Source: Vicinamibacteria bacterium (GTDB lineage Bacteria; Acidobacteriota; Vicinamibacteria; Marinacidobacterales; Marinacidobacteraceae). Taken from it: a stretch of DNA of 64,000 nt. This document shows, in pieces, positions 20,947 to 31,012 of this stretch. The notes under the pieces are model-generated. The model was not told the DNA's origin, made no database searches, and saw only the letters and a program-made list of their open reading frames with translations. The stretch is from assembly GCA_963555995.3 (NCBI GenBank), contig OY821641.1:3488001-3552000 (forward strand), written 5' to 3'. A program made the translations under genes and the position numbers. Numbering within the stretch: position 1 is the first letter of the stretch; every line of letters starts with the position of its first letter.

Positions 20947-20967
20947 GACAAGACCTCTTTTCTTGTC
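20947..20967. promoter_or_regulatory. Inverted repeat GACAAGA-N7-TCTTGTC upstream of AAA ATPase
   Basis: Perfect 7-bp arms in an AT-rich divergent intergenic region. Confidence 0.45.
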
Positions 20968-21058
20968 AGGACGCACGGCTACGTGTTGCCGCCTGGGAAC
21001 CCTCGGGTAGAGTCAGAAGCCTGACAGGCGCCGGATTCGGGTCGCCGAGGAAACCGCC

Positions 21059-21358
21059 ATGGTCAAGCTGAAAGCGAGCGAGTTGACCGCGCTGGCCCTG
21101 GAGCGCCTCTCGGGGGCGGACATCGGCGAACGCGTGGTGATCGCCAGGAACCGCGCTCCCGATATTGAGTTGGTGCGGTGTCAGCCCGAGCGGCGTCGAG
21201 GTGGGATTGACTTCGGCCGTCTCCGCGAGATTCGTCAGCAGTTGGGAATCCGAGATCAGACGCCCGAGGAGATCGCGGTTTGGGAAAACGATTTCAGCGA
21301 CCCCGCGTTCAGCCGCGAAGTCCTTGGCGTCGGAGATGACTGGGATCCAACACGCTGA
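21059..21358 (+). CDS. Phd/YefM-like antitoxin (no adjacent small toxin)
   Basis: GERVVIARNRAPDIELV resembles the Phd-family core; GAGG RBS before ATG. Confidence 0.6.
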   Translation: MVKLKASELTALALERLSGADIGERVVIARNRAPDIELVRCQPERRRGGIDFGRLREIRQQLGIRDQTPEEIAVWENDFSDPAFSREVLGVGDDWDPTR

Positions 21359-21521
21359 TTCCCGGGGACGGCCCGCCCGATAGGCGAAACCGGGAGCGGG
21401 CGTCCTCTCGCTGAGCCGCTCGCTGGCTGCTTGCGGTTGCTGCTGAGCAGAAAATACGTGCGATTGCACAGCAAGTTATACTTGTAACCGTTACGGCTCA
21501 CGGCTGCCGGAGGTGTGAGCG

Positions 21522-23153
21522 ATGGCCACCGCGCGTGAACGGCTCGCCGCCTCCCTCGAGGTCCTGGAGCGGTTGCAACGGGACGGCCGGCGCGTCTTCC
21601 ACACCGGAGAGTTGACGCGGGTCCACCGGGAGCGGCTGGTGGCGAACGGCTACCTGCGGCGGGTGACGAACGGTTGGCTGATCTCGTCGGCTCCGGGGAC
21701 GGCTCCGAACGATCCGACGCCCTGGTACTCGGCCTTCCGGGAGTTCTGCGCGCGCTATTGCGAGCGGCGGTTCGGGACGCGCTGGTGGTTGTCCGCCGAA
21801 CTGTCCGCCCTGTTGCACGGTGGAAACACCGCCATTCCGGAGCAGGTGGTGGTGCACGCCCCCGAAGGCGGCAACAACCGCATCGCGCTTCCCTTCGGCA
21901 CGGCGCTCTTCGATGTCCGGGATCGGCGGGAGCCGGGACCGGGGGAGGTCCTCGAAACGGATGGCCTCCGGCTGCTCGCTCCGGCCAGCGCGGCGGTTCG
22001 CGTGTCGGCGGCGTTCTTCCGGGCCCATCCGGTGGAAGCCGAGGTCCTGTTGTCCGCGGTCCGGGATGCGTCCCAGGTTCTGGTCCCGCTGCTGGACGGC
22101 GGCCGTTCCGTGGTGGCGGGTCGCCTCGCGGGCGCCTTTCGCCGGGTGGGGCGGCCCGAGGTAGCCGAGGAAATCGTCCGCGCGATGCAGGCGGCCGGTC
22201 AGGTGGTCCGGGAGACGGACCCGTTCGATGCCGGGGTCGTGTCGTCGGGGCTCTCGACGCTGCATCCAGCCGCAGCGCGCCTGAGGGCGCTCTGGGAGCG
22301 TTTCCGGGAACCCGTGCGGGAGGCGTTTCCGCCGGCCCCCGGGTTGTCGCGGAGCGCCGAGACTGTGCTCCTTGAAGTGGACGAGATCTACCGGACTGAT
22401 GCGTACCACTCCCTGTCCATCGAGGGGTACCGGGTCTCGCCGGAACTCGTGGAGCGGGTGCGGAGCGGGAAGTGGGACCCCGAGGGAGCGGATCGCGGGC
22501 AGCGGGACGCGTTGGCCGCCTTCGGCTACTGGGGCGCGTTCCGCCGCGTCCGCGACGCCGTGGCCCGGCTGCTCGCGGGAGAGGCGGCAGCGAAGCTCGC
22601 CCGGGCCGAACACCAGGAGTGGCAGCGGGAGCTGTTCGCGCCGTCGGTCACCGCGGGCATCCTCCCGGCCCACGCCCTCGCCGGGTACCGGACGCACCCG
22701 GTGTACATCCGCGGCTCTCGGTACGTCCCACCGCGAGCGGACGCCGTGGTGGATGCGATGGGGACGCTGTTCGATCTCCTGGAGGGGGAGCCGGAGCCGT
22801 CGGTCCGCGCGGTGCTCGGGCACTGGGCGCTTGGCGCCGTCCACCCGTGGCCCGACGGCAACGGCCGGATGGCGCGGTTCCTGATGAACCTGATGCTGTG
22901 TTCGGGGGGGTATCCGTGGACGGTGATCCGGGTGGAACACCGCGCCGAGTACATGGCGGCGCTGGACGAGGCGAGCAGCGGCCAGCGCATCGAGCCGTTT
23001 GCGCGCTTTCTGGCCGCGCGGGTCGCGTCCGGGCTCGATGACTTCCGTTTCGTCGGAGCGGGTAGCGGCGAGGCGGCCCCCGACGGCCCGGTATCGGAAC
23101 GCCACGACGCGTTCCTGACCGATGCGATTTCGGCGCGCTTTCAGCGGCGGTGA
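21522..23153 (+). CDS. Fic-family protein (long form)
   Basis: HPWPDGNGRMARF Fic motif, DAYHSLSIEGY; GGAGG RBS. Confidence 0.92.
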   Translation: MATARERLAASLEVLERLQRDGRRVFHTGELTRVHRERLVANGYLRRVTNGWLISSAPGTAPNDPTPWYSAFREFCARYCERRFGTRWWLSAELSALLHGGNTAIPEQVVVHAPEGGNNRIALPFGTALFDVRDRREPGPGEVLETDGLRLLAPASAAVRVSAAFFRAHPVEAEVLLSAVRDASQVLVPLLDGGRSVVAGRLAGAFRRVGRPEVAEEIVRAMQAAGQVVRETDPFDAGVVSSGLSTLHPAAARLRALWERFREPVREAFPPAPGLSRSAETVLLEVDEIYRTDAYHSLSIEGYRVSPELVERVRSGKWDPEGADRGQRDALAAFGYWGAFRRVRDAVARLLAGEAAAKLARAEHQEWQRELFAPSVTAGILPAHALAGYRTHPVYIRGSRYVPPRADAVVDAMGTLFDLLEGEPEPSVRAVLGHWALGAVHPWPDGNGRMARFLMNLMLCSGGYPWTVIRVEHRAEYMAALDEASSGQRIEPFARFLAARVASGLDDFRFVGAGSGEAAPDGPVSERHDAFLTDAISARFQRR

Positions 23154-23194
23154 TCGTTCCCGACCCGTTCCGCGTCTTCGCCGCCCGCCGGTTG

Positions 23195-23345
23195 GAGCCT
23201 GTGTGATTCAGACCGTCCGAACCTATGTGATTCAGGCGGTCGGCGACCCCGAGCCTATGTGATTCGCGCGGTCGGTGGCTCCGAACCTATGTGATTCGCG
23301 CCGTCTGCGTCCCGAGCCTATGTGATTCAGGCGGTCTGCGGCTCC
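23195..23345 (+). repeat. Five-unit tandem array, core GARCCTRTGTGATTC
   Basis: Cores start at 23195, 23219, 23251, 23283 and 23314 (periods 24, 32, 32, 31). Confidence 0.9.
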
Positions 23346-23376
23346 GGCGCCAGAAGCCTGCATGGCGCGTCGGCTT

Positions 23377-23532
23377 GGAGCGCCGGCTTCAGCCGGCACC
23401 CGCTGCGCGGAGCGCAGCGGACTGCACGACGCTGACCCGCACGACGGCGTTCGGCTCTCGGTCCACCACCGCGAGCAGCGGCACGACATCCGCGGGCCTA
23501 CGGCCCGCTGTGCCGGCTGAAGCCGGCGCTCC
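23377..23532. repeat. Inverted REP pair, type B, spacer class X
   Basis: Type B arms; spacer similar to 43176-43287. Confidence 0.85.
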
Positions 23533-23631
23533 AAGCCGGCAGTGCCATCACGACGATCAGAATTTCGCCGAGACTGGATTCTCGCGGCAACGGCTGGGGC
23601 GCCTACCCGGATACGATTGCGCGCCCGATTC

Positions 23632-25590
23632 ATGTCTCGCCTGCTGACTCTGCTCCTTTGCGGCGCCTCGCTGGTGGTGGCGTCTGTGGCGGGGGCGCAG
23701 GGTGGCGGGGACCGGTTCCAGTGGCCGTCGTTCCGGGGGCCGCTGGCTTCCGGGGTCGCGGACGGGCAGGACCCGCCGACGCTCTGGGACGCGCAAACCG
23801 GGCACAACGTGCTCTGGAAGACCCCGGTTCCGGGGCTCGGGCACTCGAGCCCGGTGATCTGGGACGACCGGATCTTCGTGACCACCGCGGTCAGCGACGA
23901 TCCCGATCCGGTCTTCCGCTACGGCCCGGACGGGCGGATGGACCGGCGCTCCGACCGGGAGCGGAACACCTGGTTCGTCTATGCCATTGATCGCCACGGC
24001 GGCGACGTGCTGTGGGTGCGCGAAGCGGTCGCCGAGGCCCCGGAGATCCAGCGGCATCCCAAGAACAGCTACGCGTCGGCCACGCCGGCCACCGACGGGA
24101 AGCACGTCGCGGTGCTGATCGCCACCGGCAACCTCTTCCTCTACGACTTCGACGGCGTGCTGCTCTGGGAGGCGGACCTCGGTCCGCTGGACTCGGGCGC
24201 CTCCTACGACGACACCTACCAGTGGGGGGCGGCCAGCTCTCCGATCATCTGGGAGAACCTGGTGATCGTGCAGGCCGACCAGCAGGAGGGCTCCTTCATC
24301 GCCGCCTTCGACGTGGCGAGCGGCGACGAGGTCTGGCGGACCGAGCGGGACCTGATCTCCGCGTTCTCGACGCCGACCGTCCACGCGGGACCCGAGCGGA
24401 CCGAACTGATCACGAACGGCGCCGGCACCATGTTCGGCTACGACCCCGCGACCGGCGAAGAGCTCTGGCGCATGTCGGGCAGTTCGAACAACACCACCCC
24501 GACCCCGGTGGTGGACGGCGGGCTGATCTACCTGACGAGCGGCTACCGGATCCGCCCGATCTTCGCCATCCGCACGGGCGCCACCGGCGACATCTCGCTG
24601 GCGGAGGGGGCGAACTCCAACGACCACGTCGCCTGGAGTTCGCCCCGCGACGGGCCGTACATGGCCTCGCCGCTCGTGTACCGGGGCTATCTCTACGTGG
24701 TCGCGACGAACGGGGTCCTCACCGTCTTCGACGCCGCGACCGGCGAGCGGGCGTACCGGCGGCGGATCGGCCAGCGGGGCGGCGCCTACACCGCTTCGCC
24801 CATCGCGGCCGACGGCCGCATCTACCTGACCAGCGAGGACGGCGACATCTTCGTCATCCGCGCCGGTCCCGAGTACGAAGAACTCGCGATGAACTCGATG
24901 GACGAGGTGTGCCTCGCCACCCCGGCGATCTCCGAAGGGCAGCTCATCATCCGCACGACGAACCACCTGGTGGCCCTCTCGGACGGCATCGCCCCGACGA
25001 TGGCCGCGTCGAAGCCGTCCGCGACCCCCTTCCCGGAGAACCTGGCCAACGACCAGGTCCTCCCGTTCGACGACTTCGAGGACGGCGACCTCTTCGCCCA
25101 CACCGGGGTCCGCTGGCACACGTTCACGAACGGCGTCTCGAGCGCCGACCTCTCGCTCGCCGCCGGCGGCGCCGCCTCGACGCCCTCGGCGGCGCGCGTG
25201 GACGGCGCCCTGGCAAGCGGCGCCGCGCGCGGCCCGCTCGCCCAGATGTACCAGCCCTTCGACCGCGGCGGGAACCCGGTCAGCCTGGCGAACCTGGGCG
25301 GCATCCGGTTCCACGTCCGCGGAAGCCACACCTTCGAACTGACCTTCCGCTGCAGCGGGGTGGACTTCGGCAAGGAGATCGAGGTCTCCCGCGAGTGGCG
25401 ATCCGTGGAAGTCGGCGCGGACGAACTGAAGCCGGTGGCGGTGCCCGAAGGCGCCGCCCTCTGGGACGGTGCGCGCTGCACCGGGCTCTACCTCTCGCGC
25501 CGCGGCGAAGCGGAGCTGGGCGAGTTCTGGTTCGAAGTGGACGAGTTCACCCTCTACGGCGAAGACGCCTGGGAATCGAGGCCCCGCTAG
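23632..25590 (+). CDS. PQQ-binding-like (BamB-type) beta-propeller protein with C-terminal CIA30/CBM11-like domain
   Basis: [15 protein letters not shown], repeated Trp-docking motifs; C-terminal [22 protein letters not shown]. Confidence 0.82.
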   Translation: MSRLLTLLLCGASLVVASVAGAQGGGDRFQWPSFRGPLASGVADGQDPPTLWDAQTGHNVLWKTPVPGLGHSSPVIWDDRIFVTTAVSDDPDPVFRYGPDGRMDRRSDRERNTWFVYAIDRHGGDVLWVREAVAEAPEIQRHPKNSYASATPATDGKHVAVLIATGNLFLYDFDGVLLWEADLGPLDSGASYDDTYQWGAASSPIIWENLVIVQADQQEGSFIAAFDVASGDEVWRTERDLISAFSTPTVHAGPERTELITNGAGTMFGYDPATGEELWRMSGSSNNTTPTPVVDGGLIYLTSGYRIRPIFAIRTGATGDISLAEGANSNDHVAWSSPRDGPYMASPLVYRGYLYVVATNGVLTVFDAATGERAYRRRIGQRGGAYTASPIAADGRIYLTSEDGDIFVIRAGPEYEELAMNSMDEVCLATPAISEGQLIIRTTNHLVALSDGIAPTMAASKPSATPFPENLANDQVLPFDDFEDGDLFAHTGVRWHTFTNGVSSADLSLAAGGAASTPSAARVDGALASGAARGPLAQMYQPFDRGGNPVSLANLGGIRFHVRGSHTFELTFRCSGVDFGKEIEVSREWRSVEVGADELKPVAVPEGAALWDGARCTGLYLSRRGEAELGEFWFEVDEFTLYGEDAWESRPR

Positions 25591-25665
25591 CCGACCCTCC
25601 CGAAGCCTTCCCCGGCCGGCAGGCGCCGGCACATCCTCAAAATCCGAAATTCAAAGCGAGTATCC

Positions 25666-26757
25666 ATGTCGCCAACCTCTTCGCAAGCCACCTACCGGAA
25701 GATCACCTTCGACAAGGACGTCGGCTTCTACGCGACGCTGAAGAAGCGCGTGGATGAGCGTTTTCCGGGCATCCGGACCCGGGGGACGGGCGGCTGGCGC
25801 ATGCTGCCCAAGACCGCGATCATCCTGACCGGGTTCGTCGGTTCCTACGTCTTCCTGGTCTTCTTCTCCCCGCACGTCCTCACCACCATCGTCGCCGCGT
25901 TCGCCCTGTCGCAGGCGCTCGCGCTCATCGGGTTCAACCTGGTGCACGAGGGCGCCCACGGCAGCTACAGCAGCAACCGGACGATCAACTGGCTGGCCGG
26001 CTCCACCGCGGGCTTCATCGGGGCCAGCCAGATGATCTGGCAGCACAAGCACAACGTCCTCCATCACACCTACACGAACGTCGAGGAGATGGACACGGAC
26101 ATCCAGACGGGCGGCATGCTGCGCTGGAGCCACCTGCAGGAATGGCGGCCCTGGCACCGGTTCCAGCACCTCTACGCGTTCCCGATGTACGGCCTGCTGA
26201 CCCTCAACGTGATCTACAGCGACATCCACCGGATCATCTCCGGGCGCATCGGCAACTACAGCCTGCCGAAGCCCAGCCCGTCGCAGCACGCCAACTTCTG
26301 GCTGACCAAGCTCTTCTACCTCGGCATCGCCCTGGTGCTGCCGCTCTTCTTCAACACCTGGTGGCACGTGCTGCTCGCGCTGGTGCTCATCAACCTGGTC
26401 GCCAGCGTGACCCTGTCGCTGGTGTTCTCGCTGGCCCACACCGTGGAGGTCACCGCCTTTCCGTCACCCGATCCACAGTCGGGCGCGATGGAGAAGGAGT
26501 GGGCCGTCCACGAGGTGGAGACGACCGCGAACTTCGCGCCCCGGAGCAAGCTGGCGGCCTGGTACCTGGGAGGCCTGAACTTCCAGATCGAGCACCACCT
26601 GTTCCCGAACGTCTGCCATCTCCACTACCCGCGCCTCCGGAAGATCGTCGAGGAGACGTGCCGCGACTTCTCGGTCCGCTACCACTCCTACCCGTCGTTC
26701 CTCGCCGCGCTGCAGTCCCACTACCGCCACCTCAAGACCCTCGGCAACCCGGCGTAA
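25666..26757 (+). CDS. Membrane fatty acid (acyl-CoA) desaturase
   Basis: His boxes HEGAH, HNVLHH, QIEHHLFP. Confidence 0.92.
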   Translation: MSPTSSQATYRKITFDKDVGFYATLKKRVDERFPGIRTRGTGGWRMLPKTAIILTGFVGSYVFLVFFSPHVLTTIVAAFALSQALALIGFNLVHEGAHGSYSSNRTINWLAGSTAGFIGASQMIWQHKHNVLHHTYTNVEEMDTDIQTGGMLRWSHLQEWRPWHRFQHLYAFPMYGLLTLNVIYSDIHRIISGRIGNYSLPKPSPSQHANFWLTKLFYLGIALVLPLFFNTWWHVLLALVLINLVASVTLSLVFSLAHTVEVTAFPSPDPQSGAMEKEWAVHEVETTANFAPRSKLAAWYLGGLNFQIEHHLFPNVCHLHYPRLRKIVEETCRDFSVRYHSYPSFLAALQSHYRHLKTLGNPA

Positions 26758-26762
26758 CGGCC

Positions 26763-26887
26763 GGGAGCGCCGGCTTCAGCCGGCACAGCCCGCCGGAGGC
26801 GGGCGGCGGGACGGACCTCATGCGCCGGGAGGGCAGCGCCGGCTTGGAACGCCGGCTTCAGCCGGCACCGCTGCGCGGAGCGCAGCG
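26763..26887 (+). repeat. Two direct type B REP copies with partial spacers Y and X
   Basis: Copies at 26763-26785 and 26846-26867. Confidence 0.8.
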
Positions 26888-26931
26888 AAGGTGCGCGGCG
26901 TCCAACAGCTCGGATGTGCCGAGCGGCCCAT

Positions 26932-28041
26932 CTATTGGCGACGGACGCCGAGATACAGCGTGTTCGGCGCGTCGGACCGGCCGGCGACGATGTCGGGAAC
27001 CCCGTCGCCGTTGACGTCGCCGATCGCGAGCCCGTACATGGCGCCCTCGGCGTCGCCGAAGGCGGTCCGGGTGAAGGCTGCGGACCCGTCGTTCGCGAGG
27101 ACCGCGCCGGGCGCCCCCCGGTTGCCGATCACCACGTCCCCGTCCCCGTCCCCGTCGAGGTCGGCCACCGCCAGCGAGTAGGCGTTGTCGCCCGGTTCCC
27201 CGATCTGCCGGCGCGACTCGAACGACGCCCCGTCACGGCCCGGGTAGAGCCACACCCCTCCCGCGAGCTGGTCGCCCAGCACGATGTCGACCGTCCCGTC
27301 GCCGTTCAGGTCGCCGAACGCCACCGCCCGGGTCGCGGACTCGGGTGGACCCACCGGGTGGGCCTCCGCGAATCCGCCGCCGCCGTCGTTCACGTAGAGA
27401 ACGCTCTGGCCGCCGTCCCGGTGCGGCACGAACAGGTCCGTGAATCCGTCCCCCGTGAGGTCGGCGGCCCCGATGGTCGTGGCCGAGTTCCGCGACAGCA
27501 CCCGGCACTCGGGGAACGCTCCGGCCCCGTCGTTGACGCAGACGTAGTTGGCGCTGCGGTTCTCCGGCCCACCCCGGTTCGCGACGACGATCTCGGGCCG
27601 CCCGTCCCCGGTCAGGTCGGCCACCGTGACGTTCCGGGTCGGCCAGGACGCGTCGCCGAAGGTGCGCGCCAGGGCGAAGGCCCCGGTCCCGTCGTTGCAA
27701 TAGATCCGCTTGTCGTCGGGCCGGTCGTTTCCGACCACCAGGTCGAGGTCCCCGTCCCCGTCCAGATCGGCGAGCGCCGCCGTGTAGGTGTTGTCCGCCG
27801 AGCCGGGAAGTTCGTGCCGTTCGTCGAAACCGCCCGCGCCGTCGTTCAGCAGCACCCAGTCCTTCAGCGGCCAGTGGCGGCCCTTGGCGAGCACGATGTC
27901 CAGGTCGCCGTCCCCGTCGAGGTCCCCGAGGCTCGCGTTCGCACTGGTCTCCGCGGTGTCTTCCAGCCGGATGGCCCGCATTTCCTGGGCATCGAGCCCC
28001 GTCGCCACGAGGAGCAGCCCGCCAAGCAGAGCGCGGATCAC
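26932..28041 (-). CDS. FG-GAP/VCBS repeat protein (secreted)
   Basis: About seven DxxGDGxxD repeats; signal peptide from GTG 28041, which overlaps the upstream stop. Confidence 0.9.
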   Translation of the reverse strand: MIRALLGGLLLVATGLDAQEMRAIRLEDTAETSANASLGDLDGDGDLDIVLAKGRHWPLKDWVLLNDGAGGFDERHELPGSADNTYTAALADLDGDGDLDLVVGNDRPDDKRIYCNDGTGAFALARTFGDASWPTRNVTVADLTGDGRPEIVVANRGGPENRSANYVCVNDGAGAFPECRVLSRNSATTIGAADLTGDGFTDLFVPHRDGGQSVLYVNDGGGGFAEAHPVGPPESATRAVAFGDLNGDGTVDIVLGDQLAGGVWLYPGRDGASFESRRQIGEPGDNAYSLAVADLDGDGDGDVVIGNRGAPGAVLANDGSAAFTRTAFGDAEGAMYGLAIGDVNGDGVPDIVAGRSDAPNTLYLGVRRQ

Positions 28042-29141
28042 GGCAGCGGTTCGGGACGGAACCTCTCGGCGGCGGGAACCGCGGTGATCCGTTCTCCGAT
28101 CTCGTAACGAAGCTCGCCGGGATAGACGACGTAGAGCGCGTCGAGCGCGAGGTCCCGCAGGGCCGCGCTCATCGATGGCGTGCGGCGGGGCGCGTCCACC
28201 CGCTTGATCTCCACGCCGATCCTCCGGCCGCGCGCGAAGAGCAGCAGGTCCAGTTCCGCGCCCGCGTGGGTCCCCCAGAAGTACGCCTGGTCCGGGCTCG
28301 CTTCGGCGAGCGTCTTCTCCAGGACGAACCCCTCCCAGGACGCGCCGAGCCGCGGGTCCGTGAGCAGCTCGCCCATCGTCCCCGCCCCGATCAATTGGTG
28401 GAACACCCCGGAGTCCCGGAAGTAGAACTTGGGGCGCTTGACCTGCCGTTTCTTGAGGTTCTCGTGCCACGGGCGAAGCTGGCGGATCAGGAAGAGGTGC
28501 TCCAGCAGGTCCAGGTAGCGGCGCACGGTGGATTGCCCGATCTCCAGCGTCGCCGCCAGCGCCCGGAGGTTCGCGACCTGGCCGTGGTAGTGGGCCAGCA
28601 GCAGCAGGAAGCGGCCCAGCGTCGGGGCGCCCAGCTCCGCCCCGAACCGGGGGAGGTCGCGCTCGACGAAGGTCTGGAGGTACGACTTCCTCCAGATCAG
28701 GCTGTCCTCGTCGGTCTCCGCGAGCAGCGACCGGGGGAACCCGCCCCGGAGCCAGAGGTCCGGCATCCGCGCGGCCCCGAGTTCCCCGACCTGGAAGCCG
28801 CTCAGTTCCAGGTACTCGATCCGCCCGGCCAGCGATTCCGCGCTCTGGCGGAGCAGGTCGGGACCGGCGCTGCCCAGCACCAGGAACCGGGCCGGGTTTT
28901 CGTCGCGGTCGGCGAGCACCCGCAGCACGGGGAACAGGTCGGGCCGGCGCTGCACCTCGTCAATGACCACCAGGCCGGACAGCGGCCCGAGGGCGGTCAT
29001 CGGTTCGTCGAGCCGGGCCAGACTGAGGGGATCCTCGAGGTCGAAGTAGTTCGGCGAGCCGGCGGCGACGAACTGCCGGGCGAGCGTCGTCTTGCCGCAC
29101 TGCCGGGCTCCGATGAGTGCTACGACGGGGCTCCGCCGCAA
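28038..29141 (-). CDS. AAA-family ATPase with DUF4143 domain (second copy; start uncertain)
   Basis: GARQCGKTT, IDEVQ, LGSA, ESLAGR, GGFP, ELDLL..EIK; frame is open to about 29200. Confidence 0.9.
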   Translation of the reverse strand: MRRSPVVALIGARQCGKTTLARQFVAAGSPNYFDLEDPLSLARLDEPMTALGPLSGLVVIDEVQRRPDLFPVLRVLADRDENPARFLVLGSAGPDLLRQSAESLAGRIEYLELSGFQVGELGAARMPDLWLRGGFPRSLLAETDEDSLIWRKSYLQTFVERDLPRFGAELGAPTLGRFLLLLAHYHGQVANLRALAATLEIGQSTVRRYLDLLEHLFLIRQLRPWHENLKKRQVKRPKFYFRDSGVFHQLIGAGTMGELLTDPRLGASWEGFVLEKTLAEASPDQAYFWGTHAGAELDLLLFARGRRIGVEIKRVDAPRRTPSMSAALRDLALDALYVVYPGELRYEIGERITAVPAAERFRPEPLP

Positions 29142-29191
29142 GGCCCGTTCAACGAGAACGGATGCGGCGCGAGGGATCGGTTGGGAGTTCA

Positions 29192-29232
29192 GACCTTGAA
29201 ATTACACGGGTGACCGTCATTTTTTCAAGGTC
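29192..29232. promoter_or_regulatory. Inverted repeat GACCTTGAAA-N21-TTTCAAGGTC overlapping a candidate minus-strand promoter
   Basis: Perfect 10-bp arms; minus strand reads TTGAAA-N16-TGTAAT. Confidence 0.55.
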
Positions 29233-29243
29233 AATTCATTCCT

Positions 29244-29927
29244 TTACTCATCACGGCGGTTGGGACCGATGGCGATCTCGGTGATGTGCAGGCTGAGTCC
29301 GGCTCCGGCGCGGAGCCCGATCGCGCCGTCGAGCGGCAGCCGCTCCGCCGGCAGCTCCGCGACCTGGATGTCATTGACGTAGAACCCGGCCCGGTCGCCG
29401 CGGACGTCCACGCCGAGGACGTTCTTCAGCGGTCCGGTGGCGTCGGCGGCCAGGGTTTCGACCGCCTCATGCCCCGTCCAGGGCACGAGGTCGTTCTCCT
29501 TTCCGGCGGAGTGCTCGGTGACGCGGAAATGCCCGTCGTTCCGGATCTCGAACGTCAGGTAGCTGGGTGACTCACTCTCAACGTCACCTCCGGCGAGAAA
29601 GAGGCCGAAAGAGCTGTCGAGGCGGGTGGAGCCGGACTGCTCCGGGTCGCCTTCCGGGAAGAGGAAGATCGTGCTGCTCACCGAGTACGCGCCCGAGGCA
29701 TAGCTCCCGGGATCCCAGAAGAGTCCGCCGGGGCCGGCGAAGACGTGCCAGCCGGGACGCATCACCACGAAACGGCGGTCCGGCGCGTCGGTCCCGTCGT
29801 CGTAGCGCGCCTTCCAGTGGCCGGGGCGCTCGAGGTTCAGTCCCGATTGAGCCGGGGCAAGGGTCGCCAGGACCAGGAACAGTGCGGCGAGCACCACGGG
29901 TCGCCGTGCGGGGTGGGCAATTCGCAT
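29244..29927 (-). CDS. Secreted hypothetical protein (beta-rich)
   Basis: Signal peptide; GAGGAG RBS before ATG 29927. Confidence 0.7.
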   Translation of the reverse strand: MRIAHPARRPVVLAALFLVLATLAPAQSGLNLERPGHWKARYDDGTDAPDRRFVVMRPGWHVFAGPGGLFWDPGSYASGAYSVSSTIFLFPEGDPEQSGSTRLDSSFGLFLAGGDVESESPSYLTFEIRNDGHFRVTEHSAGKENDLVPWTGHEAVETLAADATGPLKNVLGVDVRGDRAGFYVNDIQVAELPAERLPLDGAIGLRAGAGLSLHITEIAIGPNRRDE

Positions 29928-29951
29928 GCGGGATCTCCTCAGGCAGGTCGG

Positions 29952-30153
29952 CCAACAGCCATGATGGCGCCGCCGGCTTGGAGCGCCGGCTTCAGCCGGC
30001 ACAGCCCGCCGAAGGCGGGCGGCGAGACCGACCTGATTCGCCGGGATGGCTTGGCTGCGCGCGCCACATCCACCCGGGGTAGCGACGAGCCTCCCGCGGC
30101 CCTGCGGGCCGCTGTGCCGGCTGAAGCCGGCGTTCCAAGCCGTGTCCGCCATT
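29952..30153. repeat. REPIN-like element, type B arms, spacer Y, with conserved flanks
   Basis: Arms span 29980-30136; flanks CCAACAGCCRTGATGGCGCCGCCGGCT and TCCGCCATT are shared with the 43-kb copies. Confidence 0.87.
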
Positions 30154-30161
30154 AGGGGTTG

Positions 30162-30965
30162 TCAGGGGAATCGGTCCTTCATCCACGCCTGCCACGCCGC
30201 CTCGGTGCGGGCCGCTGCCGCTGGCGCTTCGTCGCCGTAGAGGTAGATGCTGAGCGCCACCGTCGCCCGCTCGGCGATCTTGTAGGCGCACGCCGCCGCG
30301 AGTCCGGGCGCCGGCTCGCGGGTGCGGAAAAAGGCAGTCGGCTGGCGGGAGGTCGCGTGGACCTCTTCGAGGCTGCCGGCGAGGCTCGCCGCGCCGGGAG
30401 CCGAGAGCGTCCAGGAGTCGCCCGGCTTGAGCCCGTGCGCGTCAAGCGCGGCCAGCAGTGCCGTCCACGCTTCGTCCACCGAGCCGTCGAACGCTCCGTA
30501 CGCTCGCGGGATCGAGGCCCGCCGATCCCGGAAATGCGTGAGGTAGAGCCGCAGGATGACGAGCGCCTGCGGCCAGCCGGCCTCGAAGTTCTCGAGCTGG
30601 TCGTCCCAGTCGTCGGTGCTCGCGAAGAGGCTGTGCACCACGCGGACGAGGCAGCGACCGCCGGCCCGCGGCTTGATGGTCCACTCGGTGGCCGTCGCCG
30701 GGCCGTCCGGCCCGCAGTCCTTCCCCTCGTGGCGGAAACGCCGGGGCGGGTCCCAGACGGTCACCTTCGCCGGGATGTGGTCCATCTCGGAACCGGTGTG
30801 GTAGCGGAGGGCGCCGCCGACGCGCTCCTCGACGTCGGTCGGGTAGAACCACGAACCGATGCCGGGTCCGGTGGCGATGGCTTCCCAGACTTCCTCGGCC
30901 GTGCCTGGGACTTTGGCCTCGGCCTGGATGGAACGGCGGCCGTCGGGATGGTGTCGGATGGCCAT
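30162..30965 (-). CDS. SRPBCC (START/AHSA1-like) domain protein
   Basis: VPGTAEEVWEAIATGPGIGSWF, VTVWDPPRRF, GWP..LRLYL. Confidence 0.85.
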   Translation of the reverse strand: MAIRHHPDGRRSIQAEAKVPGTAEEVWEAIATGPGIGSWFYPTDVEERVGGALRYHTGSEMDHIPAKVTVWDPPRRFRHEGKDCGPDGPATATEWTIKPRAGGRCLVRVVHSLFASTDDWDDQLENFEAGWPQALVILRLYLTHFRDRRASIPRAYGAFDGSVDEAWTALLAALDAHGLKPGDSWTLSAPGAASLAGSLEEVHATSRQPTAFFRTREPAPGLAAACAYKIAERATVALSIYLYGDEAPAAAARTEAAWQAWMKDRFP

Positions 30966-31012
30966 GGGGTTTCCTTTCGGTGAGTTCGCGCGGCTGCGGA
31001 CCTTAACAGCCG

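Noticed and set aside
23195-23345. CRISPR array
   Set aside because: The repeat core is only 15 bp, the linkers are 9-17 bp and similar to each other, and there are no cas genes in the window. Kept as a tandem motif array.
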